From contig CBFFSA010000003.1 in assembly GCA_965644495.1 (NCBI GenBank), forward strand, positions 62,001 through 126,000: a stretch of 64,000 nucleotides of DNA, in the 5' to 3' direction. A program made the position numbers and the translations under genes. A model generated the notes under the pieces. It made no database searches. It was not told the DNA's origin and saw only the letters and a list, made by a program, of their open reading frames with translations. Numbering within the stretch: the first letter of the stretch is position 1; the number at the start of each line of letters is the position of its first letter. Source of the stretch: Perkinsela sp. CCAP 1560/9 (lineage: Eukaryota; Protista; Euglenozoa: Kinetoplastea). Shown piece by piece: positions 43,076 through 53,290 of this stretch.

Positions 43076-46060
43076 CTGTCCCCCCCCCGTTTAAGCGCAC
43101 CGGTTCAGCCCCCCCCGTTTAAGCGCACATTTTGGAAACGAGATTTCCCGTATTTTTCAGTCAAAGCACAGACATCGGCGCCGCTTCGCGGCGACGAATT
43201 GTTTTTGTGTCCTCCGCGTTTTTTGATAGTTTTTGACTATTTTCTTGTGCGCTGATTAACTTATTATGTATTTTACCTTTTATCGAAGCTTGTATCATAA
43301 TCTTGATTATTTTTATCTCTACTTATCTTTACAATTTCTAGAATCCATTTCTCTGTTTCTTCTTTGAACAATGCCCACCCTTGATTCATGGATAACCTTC
43401 CGGCGTCCCTTGCCGAGGGTTGGTGAAGTCGTTCTTCGAAGACAAATCGCATCCAACGTAGCACAACCCTCGCCTCCAAGCGAAATCGCTGATTCGCCTG
43501 CGAAGAAAACTATGCCCAACGATTGTGAAATGCACACCATCACAATGCAAGATCGCTTGGAGATTTGTCGCTCCCCTCTAAGCGTAAATCAGCTATGCTG
43601 CAAATACGGTACAACAAGATGGACGATTATGAGAACAAAAAGCAAAGGTGAGGCTCACTACCAGGCTCACGTAAATCGGGGGGGACGGGATAGAAAGCGG
43701 GAACGTGGTTTTAACAGCGAGCGTCAGTTGGCCATGGAAAAGGTTAATGACAAAATGGTAGAGGCCGTGGACGGGAATTTTGCTGTCACGAAGCAGTTTG
43801 TTATCGAGCTTATGGAGCAGCACGGCGCTCTTAACGCATCCTTATCGGAAAAAGCGAAGGATGAAACCTACAAACATTTCAAATATGTTTTCGGTTGGAC
43901 GAATAGGAAATTCGGATCACCAATGCCTTTCTCCCGCCAATATAGAGGTGCGAATCCAGAAGTGGGCACGCCAATTGTTTATCCAAAATGGTATACGTAA
44001 ATACAGGTACGTGTTTTTTGGGGACGAAACATCTTTTCCTGTAGATGGGCAAATATGGAACAGGTCCCTTGCACCGATCGGCGTACAAAACGTTTCTGTT
44101 TCAGCAGCGAATTCAAAAGAAACAGTGACAGTATTCCTTGCAGGGATTTATGAAGTGAGCCTTGACCAAGCCTATCCTCTTCCACCCACTGTGATTTTTG
44201 AGAACCATGCGCAGTGTGAAGAGTCGTCCCGAATTCTAAAAGAAGCTCGGTGCTACTCTGTGGAAATGAACTACGCGATATATGGACAGGTTTCCAGTAG
44301 TGGTTGGATGAATCTTAAATTATTTGAAAAGATATTGAAAGAATATATTGAAAGCACCAGTGACGAACACCCCCCGATTGCCATTCTCGTAGATAGCTGC
44401 ACGGCGCACCAGACGGATGCTTTACCCATAAACTGTGATCTGCACCGCATCCCAGGTGGTTGCACGCCTTTTATTCAAGTTCACGACCGTTCAATTATTT
44501 GTCTGGTCAAGAGAACGTATGAAAAAATGATAAAAAATTGGTGTCTCTCTCAAAAAACGCACGAACCGTTAAACAGAAAACAAATTCTTGAATTCATTAA
44601 GTTGGCACACGACAAAACCTGGACTACTTGCTCAGCAACGATATTAAATACCATTAGGAAGTACGTACGCGATCCACTGCTTCTTTATCCATGGGAGTGG
44701 AAGGAAAACGAGAAGGAAATGCAAAGTTCCAAGAACGCGGCAAAAAAGCGACAAAGAGAAGCTAGAGACATGGCTGTTCACGCGGATGAACATGCGGAAG
44801 AATCTGTCCCGGAAATGAAAACATGTGATTACGTGCCTCGTTCTTCCGTTCCCTGTAGGATACCTATTTCTCCTGCCCTTAGCCTTCGACTCGTTCTAGC
44901 AGCGCGCCGCAACGCCCCTTTATTTCAACCTGCCGCCACCGGTGTTGGTGAGTACATGAAGCCGCATGTTGTGTGTTTATCTCATGAGGAAGGAGATTCT
45001 TCTGGTGCGGAAGAAGTGCAGAAAACATCTTATAAGTGGAAGACTTTGCGTCGACGAGGTGCCTTGATTCCTTCAGAGTGTGTGGACTTCATGTGCCAGC
45101 AAATTTTCGATGCCTTTATGATGCGCCACCCCGACTCAAAAACATGACTCAAAAATATGGGCAACACAAAAAATGGTTCAAATGGATGTTATCCCTGGAC
45201 ATATCGGAGCACAACACGCAAGTCTATGTTTGCCTGTACTATCAATGTCACTTTGTGTTAGTTCACATACAAGGTCACTTCTTTTTCGTCTACGACAGCC
45301 TCAGGGGATACGCTCCGTTTGCAGCAAAAGCAAATTTGGAAAACTTAAAAAAATGTGTTTTGCAATACTTGAAGCCGGCGAACATCAACTCTTATAGCAT
45401 TCAGTATATGGAATGCCAACAACAAATTCAGGGGGAGAATGACTGCGCATTTCATGTGGCGAACAACCTTTATCGAGTTTTGTTTCACGAGCAAAAGGAT
45501 ATTATTTCGCGTGCTGAGTTGAGCATAAATTGGAAACCAAATGTCTAAGATTTTCTATTCTGCTATTTACCCTATAAATTACCCTACTAACCATAACCAT
45601 AACCATAATAAATTACCCTACTAACCACAACCAGTAAGCTTTTTCCCCTACCAGTGAGCATTTATGACATTGTTTATTGACACTGTATATTGAAAATGGA
45701 AGAAGTATGTGAGGAACTATGGGCGAGATAAATATAGTTTTTTCTTCCCAACGGGAAAGCATGGTCGGGACCTCCACGTGGTCTTTCCTGGCTCTGTCAT
45801 CCAGTTGATGACACTAACGCCGACCTCATACAGCAGGAGAATTGCATGATGACCATGAATGAGATCATTTAATGCGTAGAGACTTTCTCCCCCACTTCCT
45901 CCAACACCTACAGCTCAGGGAATACATTACACGAACGAGGAACTGCGCCGCGAAGCGGCGCAATTTTTTTTTGGGGGTGGCGGTGGTGATAATGCTTCAG
46001 ACCCCCCCTTTAAGCGCACTTTTCACGAAAAGCGAGGTGCGCTTAAAGGAGGGGGGACAG
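43076..46060 (+). mobile_element. pogo-type DD30D transposon encoding a C-terminal Ulp1 (peptidase C48) domain; frameshifted
   Basis: TIR CTGTCCCCCCCC.GTTTAAGCGCAC / GTGCGCTTAAAGGAGGGGGGACAG with TA TSD. ORFs: 43371-44000 (HTH), 43780-45147 (GDETS, VDSCTAH, QVHD) and 45036-45548 (H..YDSL..QQ..ENDCAFHV). Confidence 0.88.
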
Positions 46061-46210
46061 TACTTCTTAAAATCGAGAAATAAGATACAAAGATAGATGT
46101 GACCCTACGCAAGGAAATCCTTATAGAAAGGACTAAAACGCTTAGTAGGAAAGCAAGTATTTTCGAAAACACATGTACAATACATGTATAATAGAAATAA
46201 AAGATATATC

Positions 46211-49200
46211 TCAAGAACATTCATCATTCCCATCAACAACTGAAAGTTTAAGAGCTGATGGCTTTGTCGGTGCATTACTCACGCATAGTAAGCTCTTTTT
46301 TGCCAACGTAGGAGGCATTACTGCACATACATATTGTAGGACTCGTCTAACTTGTCGTGCAAGGCGGTTCAGTGTGTCTGGTGGGATACGAGGATCCATA
46401 TCCATACAGTACTCCAATCCCAACTTAATTTTCTTAATGTTCCTGAATGTGTCAACATCCATCTTCACGACAATCCAGTCGTCCACGACGCATAGATTTA
46501 AGTCCTCTCGATATTTAAAATGTAAGGATGAGGCGCCGCATAGAACGAGTGGCCACAAACTTACCTCGGTGACGTCTCGTAGCTCCCCTACGCATCGTGT
46601 GCCATCGCGAAGCACCGCATTCTTTGCGACCTTCTCGCTGTACAACACGAATGTGGAAGTCTCTCCCTTAGTGGTCGCACATAGAGAGCCGTGCTTGAGA
46701 CGCAGTGTGTCGCTCACTTTTGTACGGTAATGATTCTTAGCCCCTCCCATCGCAACATTCGGGAAAAGCATGGAACTGAGAAGAGCGTGAAAAGTCGTGC
46801 CGCTGACATTTTGGGAGTACTCGGAACAGTCCACGTAGGGTTCTTCTCCTTGTCCTATCAGGCGCCGTAGTTGTCCGCGCCTTTTCTGAATCGGAAAGGG
46901 GGCTTCGTGATTCTGACTATTGTCCGCACCATTTCTCGAATTCTCGCTGCTCGATTTCTCTACCAGAAGTGATTCGTCCACGTACCCAGAAATAACAAGC
47001 TCTTCCATAAGTTGTCTTTTGATTTGTGACATAATCTTCAGTGATGGCTCGTATAGACTGTTTTCAGAGAGGAATATCCTCCGCTTCTCCTTGTCCGCCC
47101 ACTTCTCAGCATAACCCCTGTAGGCGTTGAGTAGCACAAAGTGATCCGACTTCTCATTCTCTCCTAAAATATCACGAGCAATTCGAATGTCATCAACACC
47201 CTGGTCCTGAGATGTCTTGAAAGGGTTCGTTTCGGAGGAAGCCACGAGCGTTAGAGCCACATCTAGACCTCGGAGAGCACACCCCATAAGCAACATTTTC
47301 GCATTGCTAGGGGTAGTAGGAAGTCGTGCTATATGTTTGCCAAGTCGCGTTATGTGACCTTCCGAATCAACGGCACCAATACTCATGAGTGAGTTCATGG
47401 CCTGTTCAATGGAATCCTTGTCTGGTGCATCCAGTGCAGTTCCCAATACACGAGCGGGTGCTCCGAGGCCCAGATGAAGGATTGACAAGCAAAGAGCCTG
47501 AAGAGGTAATCGGAGAATTTCAGGTGTTTGAAAATCATCCAGCTGAGAGTACTCTTGGGATGTATACAATCGGTAACAATACCCCTCTTTCGTTCGCCCT
47601 GCTCTCCCTTTGCGTTGTATGCAATTGGCTTTGCTGGCATATACAGTTGTAAGTGTACTAAGTTGCGACGCCCGTTGGCCATCGGTCTGCTTAACAAGTC
47701 TTTTCTCCTTCACAGCCCCAGTATCAATAACACACACAACATCATCTATTGTGATGCCACTTTCAGCAATATTTGTTGCCAATATTACCTTCACTTTGTT
47801 TCGTGGAGCTGGTAAAAAACATTTCATCTGTTCTTGAGGATTGACAGAGCTATGCACGCAAATGATTTCAAAGTTAACCGCTTTTCCCGAGGCCTCTAAC
47901 ATGTCTTTTGCGTGTACTATTTCATGCCACCCCGGTAAAAACACGAGAATTGACCCTCCGGACTCAAATAGATGATGTGTTTTAGCACCCCTTTGAATCA
48001 GAAAAGATATGAAATTGTAATCCATGGAGCGCAATTTAAGCTTTCTATCTAAGTCTTTCTTTGGTTCCTGCCTAGTTATGGCGCTAGAAGTTTGCGTTTG
48101 AGAAGCTGAACGTAAGACGCGAAGAGTGGAAATATTTTTGGCTTGAGGCTCATCCATGGTCATTTGTGCTATTTCTTCTAAATGAAAAATTTGCACGGGA
48201 TGCACCGCGTGATCAACATTTATTACTGGAGCACCTTCAAAGTATTTTGAAAAGCGGTCACTTTGGAGTGTGGCGGACATGATGACGATCTTTAAATCTT
48301 TTCGAAAACGCGAAAGTCGACGGAGAACAAGTAGTAAAAAATCAGCATTCAAATCTCGTTCGTGCACCTCATCCAATATTACGTGAGAAATACCGTCAAG
48401 TACGGGGTTACGCTCAAAGATCCGCAAAAGTATTCCACTCGAGTAATACGTGATGTGTTTCCCTGGACGAGATTCGAATCTCACGCAATGCCCAACAGAT
48501 TGACCGACTTCCTCCCCCCTTTCCTGGGCCACGCGCTGCGCAATTGATATAGCGCTAATTCGCCTCGGTTGAGTCACAACAATGTTAGTTTCCTCTTCTG
48601 TTCCCTGTCGAAAGGCTTCTTCTAGAATATATTGGGGCAATTGTGTTGATTTACCACTCCCAGTTGTTCCGCACAAAACAGTCACTTGATTGTCTTTTAT
48701 AGTGTCTACAATATGTCTGTAGTATCGGAACATCGGAAGATGTTTCCGTTTTTTGATGATTTCTTCAGACACCCGTCGTTTCGAAACGATGGCTTTTGGC
48801 GCGTTGGAGGCAGTTGATCCTCTGGGGAGTTCGGGATCCGACATTTCAGGAAGCTGCTGAACCTCGTCTACAAGCTGACTTAAGGAATCAAGAAAAGTAG
48901 TATTTGTCATGTTCAAATGAAATACATGATCAGGGTCAAGCCTTGGAAACTGCTTAAAAAGCCCTACAAGACCGGCGAATTTCGGCAAGCCTTTCATATT
49001 AAGGCAGAGGGCTTCTTTGGCCATATCTTCAGCAACTACACGGTTTCCGTACTCACCAACGCCTTCGTAAACCGTCCCATCTTCTTCCACGGTCAAAGTA
49101 GCATGCGTGCTATTGCCCGTGTATTTTGTGCTCATTCTTGGGGGAGCAATATCGTTGCATACAGTGTACATTTCAGCGAGGCGCTGATAACCAAGACTTG

Positions 49201-52200
49201 TCATAGCTGACCCCATCCAAGCTGAAAGAGATTCAAATTGACCGGAAAATCTTTGGCGAATACGTCTTGAGTAGTCCCTTTCAGGGTCAAATTCCGGATG
49301 TGTGCGTTTGAGCACCTCAAGGCAGTGCATTGCAGCCCTTCTTTGGGCATTTTCTTTACCTGGCATAATGCGAGAGGATGCAATCCAATCAAATCCTTTC
49401 AGCTTAACCGTGGCTGAAAACACAAACATTCCAGATGTAGTAGTCATTTTCGATGTGTATTCCGGAGCTGGTAATCCTACGCGGAGGCAAAAATTGTAGA
49501 GTACAGTCTTTGCATGTGTATCAAGTGGTTCCTTTTCCGAAGCTACTCGAGCTTCCTCCAAAATCGCATCACCACTGTGATATAGATCTTGTTTCGCAAC
49601 GCTCAAAGTATCTTCGTAGCTTCTTCTATCATTTAAATAAGTCGCACACAAAGAACAGTATTTCTCCCAATTTGCATGCCCTCCGTCCAAACAAGATGGA
49701 AAAGCCGGCTTTGCAGGCCGTAGTAAAACGGAGGCGGCGAGGCCCGGCGGCGGCAAAGAATCCGGATTCGGCTGGTCCCCAAATTTAGGTGCAGTTCGTC
49801 CCTCTTCCATCACATACGCGACATGTTCCCCTTGCGAACTAGGATTGTCGTAGATGCACACGTTAAATGCATCTAATACTCGAGAGAAATGAAGAAAACA
49901 AAGTTGTTCAGCTTCGCATTCCATTCTAGAGACACCTATGGCAAGTTGGGTAGGAATGGTGTCCGGCAAGTAGACTTTGCAACGAGAGTAGAAGTTTCCA
50001 TTTTTTTGAACGGTTTTAAGAGAAAGATTCCTTCCAATTCGACATAGGTATGCTTCGACTGGCGCTCGATACGATCTTGCTCGAGTGTGTAAATGTGAAG
50101 TCGGTACGTTTTCCAAAGAAAGATCATTGGTGTTGAAGCTGCTGTCGGAACCAGTAGTTACAGGAATGCAAGCCGCTTCTAAATTACCTTGAGATACGGC
50201 AAGAGATAGTTCTTGTAAACTCTTATCATCGGTATCTTTGCGCAAGGGTGGAATTTGAGAAGGATTGGGGACGGGTTTATATATGCCGTCCCGAGGGGGG
50301 TATGGTGCATTTCGACCTCCTCGTCGTGCGGCCTCTGCATGCTCATACTGCAACCTAGGATCCTTGTAAATCGGATAGCCAACTGCATCCAGGTGAAGCT
50401 CGAGAGACATTGAGACAAGATGAACAATCTCTTTCTTACTACTCGCTTCCGCTGACGCAATTATGGGGGGGAAAGGATCGGGCAATTGAAGCTCAAATCT
50501 ACCTTTGCGTAGAAGCCTTCCACCATCCACATATTCATCGATTTGAATGGGCAAATCCATGGATAAATTACGACTCATCGTTTTATAAAATTCCCTCATT
50601 CGAGTTGCACAATAAATATCGACCTTCCTTGGACTGCTTATTGCGCATGATATAACGTTCGTTGTTTGTACGTCATGCTCGCGAACGAGTATAAAACCAC
50701 AAGAAGTATCCGGTTCAAAAATTTTTCGCTCATCAATCCTCTCTTTTGAAGTCAAGTCAATCGGTACATGTGCCTGTTTACTTGTTACAATGATATCCAG
50801 ATATATCAAAGGAGGAGGCGAATCGATTCTGGGATTGAATCGTCGCAGATTTGCACCACAAGCATCAAGTATCCTGTATGCATGAACGAATGCAACGTGA
50901 ATTGATGCGTTCTTAGTTTTGGCAATACCTTGAGCCTCTCGACTTTCACCGGAAAAATGGAGGACGAGCGTAGTCCTAAACATAAATTCTTTTTTCAAAG
51001 TTATTGTTTCTGTTCGACGACGATACGAAATATTTAGCTTGTCCAGTATTGTGTGAACATCGTGGCTACGATCTGGGCCGAGCTCTTTAAGGGAATCGTA
51101 GCACGACATATCCATTCCTTCGGTCATGGCACCAGGCTTAATTCGACATGGAGGTGGGACTTTCGCCCAAGGTCGTATCTCGTCGTAACTGTACGGTGCC
51201 CATCTCCCTGTCTTTCGAGTTTCCCTTGCACGTTCATCTTGCAATGAGGTAGCTAGTGTAGATTTCTCTTGATAACCTGATCCTATCTCATGGTACCGTT
51301 CGTGAACTACGAATATAGGAACACCTAAAGCATCGAGCATCAGCTCAGCATGCTGAAAAGCAGCAGACACAGCATCCTTTTTCTTGGCTCCAATGCCCAA
51401 AGCGAACCGATCACCAAAAATACTTTTCGGCAAAAAAAGGGGAATTCTCGCCTCGAAAACGTTATGTCCCTCCTCGTCTCTCAGCACTGGTTGTTTCGTT
51501 TCTACGAAATCATTTGAACCGCAGCCTAATCGCTGATTTACGTAATTATGTATTCTATCTCTGCACTGTACATGTAGGATGCTTGCGTCCGAAATGAAAA
51601 GTCCCTGCTCAGCAAAAGCGGAACATCGACTCAGTTCAGAAACAGCTCCTTGATACTGATTTATTTGCTTTAAAGATTCCTTCCCCTGGACGCCGCTTTG
51701 ATTAGAAATATCAGTTGAATCACGATCTCCAGAACTAGCTTTATCGATTAACTTTGGCACGCGTCCTAAAGGTCCACCAGTTACGTCCTTTGACATATTG
51801 GCAAGGTAGGAGTCCAAAAATTCTTTGTGCGCTTTAAAATCACAGAAGTAAAGTTGACGAATACATTCGATCATTGCGTGTCGCCCTGAGTCAATTTTTC
51901 TCCCTGAGGTCGAATTTGTAATCCACCGCGTTTCTTTCCTCCGTTTCCCCTTCTCTGTTTCGATCATACTAGAGTACCCAACAAAACTAATCCATTGTGT
52001 TGTACCGCCCAGTATTTCTGGTTGCTGAATAAATTCCATTTCTCTCTCGTCTGCTTTCAAGACACCGCTAAGCAGATCCTCAGGACGCTGATAAAAAGTA
52101 ATACTTTCTGAAACAGGCATTGGTAAGACTTTATTAGGATCTTTGAAGCGAGGACAAATTGCCGGCGATGAACTTTTAGATACTAAGCTAGTCATATTCT

Positions 52201-52888
52201 TATTGGTATTACTAACGGGCTTTTTTAGAGTAGTGTCCGACTGGATACGCATTACAGCAGGAGAAAGATTCTGCCCAGTATTTGCATGATGCCCACTTAA
52301 ACTTCCTTTTTGACGTTGAAGAGAATATTCTTCTTGTCTTTTTGAGTCAGAGTAAATAGGTACGTCCAGTTCTCCTAGAAGGTCTTCAGCGTGCATACAA
52401 GCGCATACTTCGGCATCTTTTGAACTTATTGCGTAGCCAACCGCTTGTATTGTTCTATTCGATTCATCTCCTAGGGGTAAAGAAAAATAGGCTACATATT
52501 TAGGACTTTCGCCCACCTGTTCCTCGGAAGTAAGAACTTCTTCCACAACCGGAGGAGCTACGGAAAAATCTTTCGACTTCATGTAGTTTGCTATTCTTAA
52601 GCGAGAAAAATAATCCAATGAGGAGACCTTTCGCGCAGTTTTCCAGAGAACTTTCGTGTTGGGCTTTTTTAATGTTTGTACACCAGTCCACGAAAATTTC
52701 GCCGATTGAGGGCAATATTCAGAATTCAGGTCATTCTTTTCTGGAGCAGAGCGCGCTGCCGTACATGCCTGTGGGTTAGAATTACAAACCGCGCTTACCC
52801 CGGGAATCTTTTTAGAAAGTCCAAGGGGTTGTATTTTTTTTGGAAGAAGAGTGTGATTGCTGCTTCGTAGAAAATTGAGACTTACCAT
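46211..52888 (-). CDS. KREH2: RNA editing DExH helicase REH2 with dsRBD-like repeats
   Basis: ~2225 aa with repeated dsRBD-like A.G....KK.A...A..HA units, GTTGSGKST, DEVHER, MSAT, QRKGRAGR and an HA2/OB region. First ATG at 52888. Confidence 0.85.
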   Translation of the reverse strand: MVSLNFLRSSNHTLLPKKIQPLGLSKKIPGVSAVCNSNPQACTAARSAPEKNDLNSEYCPQSAKFSWTGVQTLKKPNTKVLWKTARKVSSLDYFSRLRIANYMKSKDFSVAPPVVEEVLTSEEQVGESPKYVAYFSLPLGDESNRTIQAVGYAISSKDAEVCACMHAEDLLGELDVPIYSDSKRQEEYSLQRQKGSLSGHHANTGQNLSPAVMRIQSDTTLKKPVSNTNKNMTSLVSKSSSPAICPRFKDPNKVLPMPVSESITFYQRPEDLLSGVLKADEREMEFIQQPEILGGTTQWISFVGYSSMIETEKGKRRKETRWITNSTSGRKIDSGRHAMIECIRQLYFCDFKAHKEFLDSYLANMSKDVTGGPLGRVPKLIDKASSGDRDSTDISNQSGVQGKESLKQINQYQGAVSELSRCSAFAEQGLFISDASILHVQCRDRIHNYVNQRLGCGSNDFVETKQPVLRDEEGHNVFEARIPLFLPKSIFGDRFALGIGAKKKDAVSAAFQHAELMLDALGVPIFVVHERYHEIGSGYQEKSTLATSLQDERARETRKTGRWAPYSYDEIRPWAKVPPPCRIKPGAMTEGMDMSCYDSLKELGPDRSHDVHTILDKLNISYRRRTETITLKKEFMFRTTLVLHFSGESREAQGIAKTKNASIHVAFVHAYRILDACGANLRRFNPRIDSPPPLIYLDIIVTSKQAHVPIDLTSKERIDERKIFEPDTSCGFILVREHDVQTTNVISCAISSPRKVDIYCATRMREFYKTMSRNLSMDLPIQIDEYVDGGRLLRKGRFELQLPDPFPPIIASAEASSKKEIVHLVSMSLELHLDAVGYPIYKDPRLQYEHAEAARRGGRNAPYPPRDGIYKPVPNPSQIPPLRKDTDDKSLQELSLAVSQGNLEAACIPVTTGSDSSFNTNDLSLENVPTSHLHTRARSYRAPVEAYLCRIGRNLSLKTVQKNGNFYSRCKVYLPDTIPTQLAIGVSRMECEAEQLCFLHFSRVLDAFNVCIYDNPSSQGEHVAYVMEEGRTAPKFGDQPNPDSLPPPGLAASVLLRPAKPAFPSCLDGGHANWEKYCSLCATYLNDRRSYEDTLSVAKQDLYHSGDAILEEARVASEKEPLDTHAKTVLYNFCLRVGLPAPEYTSKMTTTSGMFVFSATVKLKGFDWIASSRIMPGKENAQRRAAMHCLEVLKRTHPEFDPERDYSRRIRQRFSGQFESLSAWMGSAMTSLGYQRLAEMYTVCNDIAPPRMSTKYTGNSTHATLTVEEDGTVYEGVGEYGNRVVAEDMAKEALCLNMKGLPKFAGLVGLFKQFPRLDPDHVFHLNMTNTTFLDSLSQLVDEVQQLPEMSDPELPRGSTASNAPKAIVSKRRVSEEIIKKRKHLPMFRYYRHIVDTIKDNQVTVLCGTTGSGKSTQLPQYILEEAFRQGTEEETNIVVTQPRRISAISIAQRVAQERGEEVGQSVGHCVRFESRPGKHITYYSSGILLRIFERNPVLDGISHVILDEVHERDLNADFLLLVLRRLSRFRKDLKIVIMSATLQSDRFSKYFEGAPVINVDHAVHPVQIFHLEEIAQMTMDEPQAKNISTLRVLRSASQTQTSSAITRQEPKKDLDRKLKLRSMDYNFISFLIQRGAKTHHLFESGGSILVFLPGWHEIVHAKDMLEASGKAVNFEIICVHSSVNPQEQMKCFLPAPRNKVKVILATNIAESGITIDDVVCVIDTGAVKEKRLVKQTDGQRASQLSTLTTVYASKANCIQRKGRAGRTKEGYCYRLYTSQEYSQLDDFQTPEILRLPLQALCLSILHLGLGAPARVLGTALDAPDKDSIEQAMNSLMSIGAVDSEGHITRLGKHIARLPTTPSNAKMLLMGCALRGLDVALTLVASSETNPFKTSQDQGVDDIRIARDILGENEKSDHFVLLNAYRGYAEKWADKEKRRIFLSENSLYEPSLKIMSQIKRQLMEELVISGYVDESLLVEKSSSENSRNGADNSQNHEAPFPIQKRRGQLRRLIGQGEEPYVDCSEYSQNVSGTTFHALLSSMLFPNVAMGGAKNHYRTKVSDTLRLKHGSLCATTKGETSTFVLYSEKVAKNAVLRDGTRCVGELRDVTEVSLWPLVLCGASSLHFKYREDLNLCVVDDWIVVKMDVDTFRNIKKIKLGLEYCMDMDPRIPPDTLNRLARQVRRVLQYVCAVMPPTLAKKSLLCVSNAPTKPSALKLSVVDGNDECS

Positions 52889-53132
52889 AAAAAGCAAATT
52901 GAGAATCAAAGCAAAAACATTATCAGAAATAGCTTCAGTAGATTTCTTATTGTGCCAAAGCACACACAGTAGCACGCGATACTTAACAAAAAAAGTTCCC
53001 AAAAAAGAATTCGGTAGCTTTTTCCGACTTCATATACAGTAAAAGTCACAATTCTCAGAATCACTAAAAATAAGAATTGGGATGTCAACGTGCAACTAGG
53101 AAAAATGAGAATACAATTTCAACCTGTACACC

Positions 53133-53290
53133 AATCTACAGTGTAAAAATACAGTTTCTGTACCTTGTTGGTACATTTTGCTAGCCCTTCCTTTCTTTTC
53201 CCGGAAACGGACATATTCTTACTTTTAAATGCCCGTTTCCGGCTGACGGCTAGCTGGAACTGTCCCTCTTTGTCGCGGAAGTAGGGGACG
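53133..53290 (+). ncRNA. SL RNA: Spliced-leader (SL) RNA gene; exon 53133-53170, GT donor at 53171; 3' end uncertain
   Basis: AATCTACAGTGTAAAAATACAGTTTCTGTACCTTGTTG|GTAC contains the euglenozoan SL core ACAGTTTCTGTAC..TTG|GT. TGTACC/GGTACA pair across the splice site (stem I). A long stem follows (GCTAGCC..CCGGAAACGG / CCGTTTCCGG..GGCTAGC). Confidence 0.75.

Noticed and set aside
14976-53002. N-terminal extensions from TTG/GTG starts in the ORF track (RESC2, dUTPase, SUCLG1, PSMA6, KREH2)
   Set aside because: The extensions are F/L/S-rich translations of polypyrimidine trans-splicing tracts, so the first ATG was used instead.
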